The position numbers and the translations under genes were made by a program. The notes under the pieces were generated by a model that worked only from the letters and a program-made list of their open reading frames with translations, was not told the origin of the DNA and did not search any database. Shown piece after piece: positions 39,286 through 47,738 of a stretch of 64,000 bases of DNA (the first letter of the stretch is position 1; each line of letters starts with the position of its first letter). Origin of the DNA: Nitrospirota bacterium (lineage in GTDB: Bacteria > Nitrospirota > UBA9217); the NCBI GenBank assembly GCA_035623825.1, contig DASPSR010000022.1:32001-96000 (forward strand). Direction: 5' to 3'.

Positions 39286-39882
39286 ATGAAACTAAAACCG
39301 TTGCACGACTGGGCCGTGATTCTGCCCTCGACAGGTGATGAAAGGACCGCCGGTGGCCTGTATATCCCGGACACGGCGAAGGTCAAGCCGCAGGAAGGGG
39401 TGGTTGAGGCCGTCGGGCCGGGGGCGTATGAGGAGAAGAAACGCGGCAAGAAGACGAAGGAAGAGAAGCAGCGCAAATTTTTTTCCACGACAGTAAAGCC
39501 GGGCGACCATGTGCTCTACGAGCAGTATGCGGGGCAGACCTATAAAATAAATGGTGAGGAGCGCATACTGGTGCGGGAGCGTGATATTCTCGGCATTCTG
39601 CCGGAAAGACCATTGCAGATTCCCTCCATTACAGCCTCTGCGGGAACAACGGCGCTCACAAAGCGTGCGGCGCGTCCACGCGAGGAAACGTTGAAGCCCG
39701 GGAAGTCATCAGGAAAGACAGCGGGAAAAACGACGATGAGAGCTGCTTCGGAACCTGCTCCGAAAAAGAAGGCATCTAAAAAGGCCGCTCCGAAGGCGGC
39801 AAGGAAGAAGACCGCGGCCAAATCAACAAGGAAGGCCTCGGGCAGCGGGGCCAAAGGCAGGAAAACGGGGAAAAAGAAATAG
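39286..39882 (+). CDS. groES: GroES-like co-chaperonin with long K/A-rich C-terminal tail
   Basis: MKLKPLHDW..ERTAGGLYIPDTAK.KPQEG.V.AVGPG..VKPGD.VL..YAG..RERDILG, then about 90 aa of low-complexity basic tail. Confidence 0.85.
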   Translation: MKLKPLHDWAVILPSTGDERTAGGLYIPDTAKVKPQEGVVEAVGPGAYEEKKRGKKTKEEKQRKFFSTTVKPGDHVLYEQYAGQTYKINGEERILVRERDILGILPERPLQIPSITASAGTTALTKRAARPREETLKPGKSSGKTAGKTTMRAASEPAPKKKASKKAAPKAARKKTAAKSTRKASGSGAKGRKTGKKK

Positions 39883-39891
39883 GGGCGTACC

Positions 39892-40482
39892 ATGGATGAC
39901 GACGTCGAATCGCGCGTGAATAAGATACGACAGCTTTTGGCACAGGAGATTGAGGACGGCGAGAACCTGGCCGCCGAGGCACGGAAAATGATCGCATACC
40001 TTCTTCTCGAAAAGAAGGGGTATCGACCGGATGATGTCCAAAGAGGCGTGGCCTTCGAGGTGGAACTCGGCGGGGGAGCAGCCATGTCCTCGGTGGATTT
40101 TATCGTTTCAGTCGACGGTATGAAGGCCATGATCGTTAAGTGTGCAGCGGGCTCGCTGGACTCCCGGCAGCGGCAGGCCGTTGCCGCTGCGAGGGTAATA
40201 GCCTCACCCCCTGTCCCGATTGCGGTCGTTGCTGACCCGGAGAACGCGGAGGTCATCGATGTAGCGACCGGCAAGGTGATCGGAGAGGGCTTCGGCGCCA
40301 TTCCTGTCAAGGGACAGCTTGTCCGAATCCTCGCTGAAACGGAAACCAAACCTCTTGCCCTCGATCGCATTGAGAAGGAAAAGCGCATTCTCCTGGCATT
40401 CGATGCCATCAAGTGCTGCGTTCCGCAGGGGACGGACGGGGGAGTGCAGCTTAAGAGCGGCGAAGTGAAAGAAATGAGCTGA
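39892..40482 (+). CDS. Stand-alone HsdR N-terminal (restriction endonuclease-like) domain protein
   Basis: LLEKKGY..DV..SVDFIV..MIVKC..GSL.SR.RQA.AAAR; degenerate PD-(D/E)xK fold. Confidence 0.65.
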   Translation: MDDDVESRVNKIRQLLAQEIEDGENLAAEARKMIAYLLLEKKGYRPDDVQRGVAFEVELGGGAAMSSVDFIVSVDGMKAMIVKCAAGSLDSRQRQAVAAARVIASPPVPIAVVADPENAEVIDVATGKVIGEGFGAIPVKGQLVRILAETETKPLALDRIEKEKRILLAFDAIKCCVPQGTDGGVQLKSGEVKEMS

Positions 40483-40604
40483 ACAGGCAGGTCAGGATTA
40501 ACCGCGCCGCCGCGAAGAGCCTTGTCCTCAAAGAGAACGCATGAGGATTTTTGTCCTTAGCGGCGTCGCGGCAGATTGGTTCCCCCCTCAACTTCCTTTT
40601 TGGT

Positions 40605-41444
40605 ATGACCCGACTCACCGAAGAAACCTTTGAGCAGACGCTTCAAACCTTTATCCACTCCGAAGAGATTGATCTCAGCGACGTCTCCTTCATCGACCCC
40701 TATGGCATGCTGGGTCTCCTCGAGATCGGCGAACTCTGCACATGCGAAGACGTACGGAAGGCTGTTGTTCTTCCGAGGTCCGGTGAGGTCCTCAAGTACC
40801 TCGAACGCATGGACTTCTTTACCCACGCGGGCCGTTATTTTTCTCTTGAACACTCCTCTGATGCACCTGAGAAATATCAGCGCAACCCCGATTCCGATGT
40901 ATTGCTCGAGATCACTCCTATTGAGCAATCCAACGATATCCACTACATCGTCGGGAAGGTAAGAGACCGCGCCCAAGCCATCCTCGCCACCCACCTGGGC
41001 TACAACGATCGCGCCATCGACGGTTTCATCGTGGCCCTCTCCGAGGTCTGCCAGAACATCATTGAACACAGCGAGAGCAAAGGATTCGTGGGCATCCAAA
41101 AGTACCGGTTCCAGAGCATGAATAAGAACGTGGTCAAGATCGCAGTCATGGACGCGGGCATCGGGTTTCGGAAGTCCCTGGCCGGCAGGTTCAAACTGCG
41201 GAGCGACCTTGAGGCCATCGACAAGGCGCTCCTGCATGGGGCGTCCCGGTACGAGGAAGAGGGCCGCGGCCACGGCCTAGCCGCTGTCCGCAGATTCGTC
41301 AATCAATGGCAGGGCAAGCTCTCCATCCGCTCAGGCACGGCCCGTCTCTGCATCATACCCACATGGGCCCGGGGCAGGGGACAGGAGCGGAACCTAACCC
41401 GCTTCCCCGGTGCGCAGATCAATATCCTCCTTCCGGAGGTGTAA
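40605..41444 (+). CDS. STAS-like plus GHKL (anti-sigma-type Ser kinase) protein, CapK-like
   Basis: N-terminal IDLSDVSFIDPYG..KYLERMDF (STAS-like); N-box SEVCQNIIEHS; G1 DAGIGF; G2 GRGHGL; PGAQI. Confidence 0.8.
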   Translation: MTRLTEETFEQTLQTFIHSEEIDLSDVSFIDPYGMLGLLEIGELCTCEDVRKAVVLPRSGEVLKYLERMDFFTHAGRYFSLEHSSDAPEKYQRNPDSDVLLEITPIEQSNDIHYIVGKVRDRAQAILATHLGYNDRAIDGFIVALSEVCQNIIEHSESKGFVGIQKYRFQSMNKNVVKIAVMDAGIGFRKSLAGRFKLRSDLEAIDKALLHGASRYEEEGRGHGLAAVRRFVNQWQGKLSIRSGTARLCIIPTWARGRGQERNLTRFPGAQINILLPEV

Positions 41445-41538
41445 ATCTATTGCTGCTCCCTCTTGGCACTCTGATCGCCCGTCCTGCCCGCACGAACCCG
41501 GCATGATTATTGGCTGATCCTATGCTTCAAAAATTCCC

Positions 41539-41580
41539 TTGACAAAATATGGGAAATATGGTTCAATTGATTCAATTGAA
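41539..41580 (+). promoter_or_regulatory. Sigma70 promoter overlapped by a palindromic operator
   Basis: TTGACA (41539)-N17-TTCAAT with TGn; inverted repeat TTCAATTG-ATT-CAATTGAA (41562-41580) covers the -10 and the start site. Confidence 0.7.
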
Positions 41581-41602
41581 TTTGTTTGATCCCGATGCGA
41601 AG

Positions 41603-42163
41603 ATGATCAGATACGACCTCTATAAATTCCTCAAAGAAGAGCTCGTGAATGGCTCGAAGGACCTCGTGACGCGGCCGTCGGGGGAAAAAATCAGAAGACG
41701 GATCGAGCGGGGCATGGAGAAGGAGCCGGACGGGGCTGTCGTTGGGCTCGATTTTGCGAAAATCGGGATCATAGACTATTCATGCGCAGACGAGATCGTG
41801 GCGAAGCTCGTATCGCGCCTTTTAGGCGGCGAATACGGCGACAAGTATCTTATCCTCACAGGGCTGAACGAAAACCAGAAGGAGAACATCGAGGTGGCCC
41901 TCGAGCGGAAGGACCTGGCGGTCATGGCCTCGATGAAGGACGGCGGCAGGATCGTTTTGGGGAACCTGAACAACTATCTCAAGGACACTCTTGCTTTTAT
42001 CTCCGTGCGGAGAAAAGCGACCGCCAAGGACCTCGCGGATGCAAGGAAACTCGAAGCAAATACGAGCGGCACCCGGCTCCTGAACCTGCACAAGAAACGG
42101 CTCGTCAAGCGAAACGAGGAGAGTCGGAGCGATGGAACAGTATGGGTCTACGAACTGTTGTGA
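41603..42163 (+). CDS. STAS-like (DUF4325-like) plus winged-helix protein, CapS-like regulator
   Basis: TRPSG..IR..LDFAKIGIIDYSCADEIVAKL (STAS with Ser at the phosphoacceptor region); C-terminal wHTH TAKDLAD..NTSGTRLLNLHKKRLVKR..WVY. Confidence 0.8.
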   Translation: MIRYDLYKFLKEELVNGSKDLVTRPSGEKIRRRIERGMEKEPDGAVVGLDFAKIGIIDYSCADEIVAKLVSRLLGGEYGDKYLILTGLNENQKENIEVALERKDLAVMASMKDGGRIVLGNLNNYLKDTLAFISVRRKATAKDLADARKLEANTSGTRLLNLHKKRLVKRNEESRSDGTVWVYELL

Positions 42164-42176
42164 GGGCCAATTTTCG

Positions 42177-42206
42177 TTGACGGATGATGTTAGCCGATGC
42201 TACAAT
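42177..42206 (+). promoter_or_regulatory. Sigma70 promoter of the pgpA-cinA operon
   Basis: TTGACG-N18-TACAAT with TGn. Confidence 0.55.
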
Positions 42207-42231
42207 ATACGGTCTTTCGGGATTGCATGCG

Positions 42232-42696
42232 ATGAACAGATTCACGAGAGAGGTCGTCCTCTTCATGGCCCAAGGGGCGTACAGCGGCAGGGCTCCCATG
42301 GCGCCTGGGACCGCTGGTACAGCAGTGGGCGTGCTCGCCTATTTGTGGATGAGACGGCTTTCGCCCGGTGCCTACGTTCTGTCCTGCATTCTGATTGTTC
42401 TTATCGGGACCTGGATCGCGGGCCAGGCCGAGGGACTGCTCGGGAAGAAGGACCACCCATCCATTGTAATCGACGAGATCGCCGGATATCTTGTTTCTGC
42501 GGCCATGCTGCCCGGGACATGGGTTTTCATCATCGCGGCATTCGTTCTCTTCAGGTTCTTTGATATTATGAAACCCTATCCTCTGAAGCGGCTTCAGAAT
42601 CTCCACGGAGGCGTCGGGATTATGTTCGATGATATCGGGGCCGGAGTGTATACGAACCTTGTGCTCAGGATCGTTGCTGAAGCGTTTAATGTATGA
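42232..42696 (+). CDS. pgpA: Phosphatidylglycerophosphatase A
   Basis: APGTAGT, DHPSIVIDEIAG, FRFFDIMKPYP, GIMFDDIGAG. Confidence 0.95.
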   Translation: MNRFTREVVLFMAQGAYSGRAPMAPGTAGTAVGVLAYLWMRRLSPGAYVLSCILIVLIGTWIAGQAEGLLGKKDHPSIVIDEIAGYLVSAAMLPGTWVFIIAAFVLFRFFDIMKPYPLKRLQNLHGGVGIMFDDIGAGVYTNLVLRIVAEAFNV

Positions 42697-42774
42697 CCGC
42701 AAAGGGCGGAGAGCGCGGTGCGGAGCGAAAGGATCTATGCTCATGCGCTCTGCTCTCCGCAGAGGTGCTTTTGC

Positions 42775-44010
42775 ATGCGCGCAGAAATCATAGCTACAGG
42801 GACCGAACTTCTGTCCGGCGGTGTGTCCGAAACCAATGCCCTTTTCCTCTCGGAAGAGATCCTGCTCATAGGCCTTGAAACGGCTTTCAAGACTGTGGTC
42901 GGAGATGATGAGAAGGACATGGAAGAGGCGCTCCGCAGGGCCATGTGTCGGGCCGATGTTGTCATAATTACCGGCGGAATCGGCCCGACCGAGGACGACA
43001 TTACCAGAAAAGTGATTGCGAAGATCGTCAAGCGGCGCCTGGTGCTGAACGAGGATGCCTTTAAAGCCATCCGTGCCATGCTTTCCAGGAGGGGCAGGGA
43101 GTACGCGATTGCGAACGACCGACAGGCATTGATCCCCGCGGGTGCGCGGCTCCTGCAGAATCCGGTGGGATCAGCGCCTGGCTTCTTTCTTGACGAGGGG
43201 AGCACGTTCATCGCTGTCCTCCCCGGCGTCCCCAAGGAAATGACGGCAATGTTCAGAGAGGGGCTCAAGCCGGCCCTTGAGGAGCGGTTCGGCGGCAAGG
43301 CATTCATCAAACGCAGGATATTGCACACCTGCGGCATGTCCGAGTCAGCGGTAAATCAGGCCATACAGGACATCATGAAGCGCGAGGCGCCGGCAGTGGG
43401 GCTTACGGCAAAGGAGACGGGCGTGGACATCCGCATCATCGCCAGGGAGTCCGATGCTGAACGGGCTCAGTCGATCGTGGACATCACGGAGACGGCGATA
43501 CGGGGAAGGCTCGGCGATGTCATCTACGGCGTGGATGGTCTGTCTATGGAAGAGGTGGTGGGCGCACTCCTGAAACAACGCAGGATTAAGCTCTCGGTCG
43601 CCGAATCCTGCACTGGCGGTCTGATCGGAGCGCGTATCACGAATATCGCCGGGAGCTCGGAATATTTCGAACGGGGTGTCGTCGTGTACAGCAATGTCTC
43701 GAAGTCCGAGATGGTCGGAGTGCCTGGAGAATTGATCGAGCGTTGCGGCGCGGTCAGCAGCGAGGTGGCGGCGGCCATGGCGCAGGGGATCAGGCAGACG
43801 GCTAAAACGGACCTCGGGCTTGCGGTCACCGGTATTGCAGGCCCCAGCGGCGGCACCGAGCTGAAGCCCGTTGGCCTTGTGTACGCGGCGCTCGCGAGTG
43901 CTCAGGGAGTCAAGACTGATGAATACAGGTTCCTGGGAAACAGGGAGCAGGTGCGTATGAAGGCGTCCCAGATGGCGCTGGATATGGTGAGAAGGTATCT
44001 CATCGGGTAG
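42775..44010 (+). CDS. cinA: Competence/damage-inducible protein CinA (MoCF-binding domain plus PncC)
   Basis: GTELLSG, TGGIGPTEDDIT, LPGVP.EM, AESCTGG, AVTGIAGP. Confidence 0.95.
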   Translation: MRAEIIATGTELLSGGVSETNALFLSEEILLIGLETAFKTVVGDDEKDMEEALRRAMCRADVVIITGGIGPTEDDITRKVIAKIVKRRLVLNEDAFKAIRAMLSRRGREYAIANDRQALIPAGARLLQNPVGSAPGFFLDEGSTFIAVLPGVPKEMTAMFREGLKPALEERFGGKAFIKRRILHTCGMSESAVNQAIQDIMKREAPAVGLTAKETGVDIRIIARESDAERAQSIVDITETAIRGRLGDVIYGVDGLSMEEVVGALLKQRRIKLSVAESCTGGLIGARITNIAGSSEYFERGVVVYSNVSKSEMVGVPGELIERCGAVSSEVAAAMAQGIRQTAKTDLGLAVTGIAGPSGGTELKPVGLVYAALASAQGVKTDEYRFLGNREQVRMKASQMALDMVRRYLIG

Positions 44011-44113
44011 ACAAAAGATCCATGGTTTCAGCCGCAATGGCATCAGGGTGCGAGGAGTAAATATTGATTTTTTGACTCTATGACGCGTGTTTCGGTGGCG
44101 GAGATTTTCGAGC

Positions 44114-44671
44114 ATGAGGACCTTCATAGCCGTAGAGATCCCTGATGGGATCAAGAAGGAAATGGAGAAGGCCCAGGAGCAGCTCAAGCGCTCCGGCGCA
44201 GATGCGGGGTGGACCAGACCCGAAGGGATTCATCTGACGCTCAAGTTCCTGGGCGAGGTGATGGAAGCGAAGATCGACGAGATCAAGAACACCCTGACCC
44301 GCGCCGTCGGTGACATGGGCAGGTTCCGGCTGGAGATAGGCGGTGCAGGCGCCTTTCCGAACTCGAAGAATCCCCGCGTGGTCTGGCTCGGGGTGTCGGG
44401 AGACATTGACAAGCTTGAGGCCCTTTGGCGTTCGGTAGAGGATTCGATGACAGCGATAGGGTTCGACCGGGAAGAACGGGCCTTTTCGCCTCATCTGACG
44501 CTGGCGAGGATCAAATATCTCCGGCCACGATTCTCTTGGCAGAAGGCGATAGACGGCATCAAGGATATACGGCTCGCCGGGTTTGAGGTGGACCACATCA
44601 GCCTCATGAAGAGCGAGTTAAAACCGTCAGGGGCGGTGTATTCGGAAATCGCGAGGGCGGATTTAAAATAA
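44114..44671 (+). CDS. thpR: RNA 2',3'-cyclic phosphodiesterase (2'-5' RNA ligase)
   Basis: MRTFIAV; two HxT motifs ([15 protein letters not shown]). Confidence 0.95.
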   Translation: MRTFIAVEIPDGIKKEMEKAQEQLKRSGADAGWTRPEGIHLTLKFLGEVMEAKIDEIKNTLTRAVGDMGRFRLEIGGAGAFPNSKNPRVVWLGVSGDIDKLEALWRSVEDSMTAIGFDREERAFSPHLTLARIKYLRPRFSWQKAIDGIKDIRLAGFEVDHISLMKSELKPSGAVYSEIARADLK

Positions 44672-44726
44672 ATTTAAATTCAAATTCGATTTGATGAGCC
44701 GCGGCTGCGGCGAAAGGAGATTCGTA

Positions 44727-45839
44727 ATGGCTGACAAGGACAAGTTGAAGGCGCTGGAACTGGCGGTGGGCCAGATCGAGAAGCAGTTCGGCAAAGGATC
44801 CATCATGCGGCTGGGCAAGGAGGAGGTCCCGGCAGGGATTCCCGCCATATCAACGGGCTCCCTCGGCCTGGACATCGCACTCGGCGTGGGCGGTGTTCCG
44901 CGCGGGAGGATCATCGAGATCTACGGCCCCGAGTCTTCCGGAAAGACCACGCTCGCGCTCCATGTTATCGCCGAAGCGCAGAAGGCCGGGGGCCAGGCGG
45001 CCTTCATCGATGCGGAGCATGCCCTCGACGTCGCCTATGCGCGCAAGCTCGGGGTACGTACCGATGACCTGCTGATCTCGCAGCCGGACACCGGAGAGCA
45101 GGCGCTCGAGATCACGGAGACCCTCGTTCGGAGCGGTGCCATCGACGTCATCGTCGTGGACTCCGTTGCAGCACTGACTCCGCGGGCCGAGATCGAAGGC
45201 GAGATGGGAGATGCACACATGGGGCTCCAGGCGAGGCTCATGAGCCAGGCATTGAGAAAGCTCACGGGCGCGATCAGCAAGTCTGCGACAACGCTTATTT
45301 TCATCAATCAGATCCGAATGAAGATCGGCGTGATGTTCGGCAACCCCGAGACGACGACCGGCGGCAACGCTCTGAAGTTCTACGCCTCGGTGCGGCTCGA
45401 TATCCGGAAGGTCTCAGCGATCAAAGAAGGCGAGGACGTGACCGGCGGCAGGGTGAAGGTGAAGGTCGTAAAGAACAAGATCGCGCCGCCATTCAGGTCC
45501 GCTGAGTTTGATATAATGTTCAACGAAGGGATCTCCAAGATCGGCGAGATCATCGACATGGGTGCCGATAAGAATATCGTTGAGAAGAGCGGCGCCTGGT
45601 TCTCCTACGGCGGCACGCGTATCGGCCAGGGACGGGAGAACGTCAAGCAGTTCCTTGCGGGGCATCCCGATATGGCGTCTGAGATCGAGCTCAAAGTGCG
45701 GCAGTCCGCTGGCCTGCCGGCCGCAGTGGCGCAAGTGGCGGAGGGCAGCGCCTCTGCCAGGGACAAGGATTCGGCCGCTGGAGAGCGCGGAGGCAAAGCC
45801 GCGAAAGGTCAAAAGTCGGAGAAACACATGGAGGCGTAA
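44727..45839 (+). CDS. recA: Recombinase RecA
   Basis: [36 protein letters not shown]. Confidence 0.99.
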   Translation: MADKDKLKALELAVGQIEKQFGKGSIMRLGKEEVPAGIPAISTGSLGLDIALGVGGVPRGRIIEIYGPESSGKTTLALHVIAEAQKAGGQAAFIDAEHALDVAYARKLGVRTDDLLISQPDTGEQALEITETLVRSGAIDVIVVDSVAALTPRAEIEGEMGDAHMGLQARLMSQALRKLTGAISKSATTLIFINQIRMKIGVMFGNPETTTGGNALKFYASVRLDIRKVSAIKEGEDVTGGRVKVKVVKNKIAPPFRSAEFDIMFNEGISKIGEIIDMGADKNIVEKSGAWFSYGGTRIGQGRENVKQFLAGHPDMASEIELKVRQSAGLPAAVAQVAEGSASARDKDSAAGERGGKAAKGQKSEKHMEA

Positions 45840-47090
45840 ATGAACCTGAATGAACTGCTCAAGCTCACTTTTGAAAAGCGGGCATCAGACCTGCACATCA
45901 AAGTGGGGAATCCGCCGATTCTCAGGATCGACGGGAAGCTGACCCCCATCGAGGCCGAGAAGAGGCTCACCCAGGAAGATGCCGTTGGCATCGCGTCCGG
46001 CATCATGAACGCGAGCCAGAAAGCGAAGTTCAAGGAAAAGAACGAGCTCGATATGGCCTATGCCGTGCCGGGGCTGGGCCGTTTCCGCGTGAACGTGTTC
46101 CAGCAGCGCGGCAGCGTTGGGATGGTCTTCCGCCAGATTCCGATGAAGATACTGAATTTTGAGGAGCTCATGCTCCCCGCGGTGCTGTTAAAGGTGGCTC
46201 AGGAGCAGCGCGGACTGGTCCTGGTGACGGGAACGACCGGAAGCGGAAAATCGACCACTCTTGCGTCGATGATCGATTACATCAACACTTCCAGGACGGC
46301 GAACGTTGTCACCATCGAGGATCCCATTGAGTTCCTCCACCGGGACAAGAAAAGCATAGTCAACCAGCGCGAGATCGGCACCGATACTTTTTCATTCAGC
46401 GAAGCTCTGCGGAGCGCCCTGCGTCAGGACCCTGATGTGATCCTCGTGGGCGAGATGAGGGACTTCGAGACCATCTCTACGGCGCTAACCGCAGCCGAGA
46501 CCGGCCACCTCGTGCTCTCCACCCTGCACACCCTGGATGCAGCCGAGACCGTCAACCGCATCATCACCGTCTTCCCTCCGTATCAGCAGAAGCAGGTAAG
46601 GATGCAGCTTGCCTCGGTGATCAAAGGTATTATCTCGCAGCGTCTCGTCGCCAGAGCGGACGGCAACGGGCGCGTGCCGGCTGTCGAGGTAATGCTCGGG
46701 ACGATGTCGGTGCGCGAGGCGATCATCGACGATGCCAAAACCCGTCAGATACCGTCGATCATTGCAGCCGGGATGTCTCATTACGGAATGCAAACCTTCG
46801 ACCAGTCGCTCCTTGTGCTCTATAGGAAGGGCGTGATCACGTATGAAGAGGCGATCATGACCGCGAGCAACCCCGATGACTTTGCGCTCAAGGTCAAGGG
46901 CGTCCAGTCCACGAGCGACATGGCCGAGGAGGAGGAGGATCTGCGAAAAAGAGCCGCCAAACCGGCAGGAGGGACGGCGCCGAGGCCGGCCGGCCCAGGG
47001 AGGCCCGCGCCGAAGGAACAAGAGGCGAAGGAGTACACCGGCGGGTCGCAGGACACTGACTTCAAGATAGACCGGTTCGGGGACAAGTAG
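45840..47090 (+). CDS. pilT: PilT/PilU family type IV pilus retraction ATPase
   Basis: ASDLH, GTTGSGKST, TIEDPIE, ALRQDPD, AAETGHLV.STLHT, GMQTFDQ. Confidence 0.93.
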   Translation: MNLNELLKLTFEKRASDLHIKVGNPPILRIDGKLTPIEAEKRLTQEDAVGIASGIMNASQKAKFKEKNELDMAYAVPGLGRFRVNVFQQRGSVGMVFRQIPMKILNFEELMLPAVLLKVAQEQRGLVLVTGTTGSGKSTTLASMIDYINTSRTANVVTIEDPIEFLHRDKKSIVNQREIGTDTFSFSEALRSALRQDPDVILVGEMRDFETISTALTAAETGHLVLSTLHTLDAAETVNRIITVFPPYQQKQVRMQLASVIKGIISQRLVARADGNGRVPAVEVMLGTMSVREAIIDDAKTRQIPSIIAAGMSHYGMQTFDQSLLVLYRKGVITYEEAIMTASNPDDFALKVKGVQSTSDMAEEEEDLRKRAAKPAGGTAPRPAGPGRPAPKEQEAKEYTGGSQDTDFKIDRFGDK

Positions 47091-47115
47091 AAGGGCACGT
47101 GCGGGGACGCGGTGA

Positions 47116-47589
47116 ATGGATGACGCGAATGACAAAGAAGGTGTCCGAGCAAAAAACGTCGCCTACCGCTATCTCTCATACCGGCCCAGAAGTCATGCAG
47201 AGGTCGAGAAGAAGCTGCGCGACAAGGGATTTGGGCATGACGCTGTTCGTACGGTCCTTTCCCAACTGGTCCGGCTCGGATACATCGATGATGAGAAGTT
47301 CGCGGATCAATGGGTACAGAGCAGGGTTAGACTCCGCGGGCTAGGCAGGCACAGGATCGAAAGGGAACTGAGAGACAAAGGCGTTGACCGTGAGACCGTC
47401 CGCCGGGCGCTGGCCGGCGTTCTGACCGCTGATGTCGAAACTGAAACTGCGAGAAAAGCGGCCAAGAGGAAGCTCACAATGATGAAAGACCTCGACCGAG
47501 AGACAAGGCGCAGACGGATTGCGGGTTTCCTGGAAAGAAAAGGATTTTCGCACGGAGTAATCTGGGACATCTTGAAGAATACTGACTGA
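47116..47589 (+). CDS. recX: Regulatory protein RecX
   Basis: YLSYRPRS..E..KL, GYIDDEKFA, L.RKGF. Confidence 0.93.
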   Translation: MDDANDKEGVRAKNVAYRYLSYRPRSHAEVEKKLRDKGFGHDAVRTVLSQLVRLGYIDDEKFADQWVQSRVRLRGLGRHRIERELRDKGVDRETVRRALAGVLTADVETETARKAAKRKLTMMKDLDRETRRRRIAGFLERKGFSHGVIWDILKNTD

Positions 47590-47738
47590 CTTCGAGACAA
47601 CAGATAGTCGAAAGCAGGTGTTCCGCAGAGACAGGCGATCAACACAGGCACCCATCCTCAGGGCGCATCATTGGTAACCGGTTTCCCACCGTATTCATCT
47701 GCGGTTATTTAAGTTTGATCCGACATAAGGAGTGTGAC

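Noticed and set aside
41463-41480. Sigma54-like TTGGCAC-TCTGA-TCGC upstream of the CapS-like gene
   Set aside because: The -12 element deviates (TCGC), and a better sigma70 promoter lies downstream.
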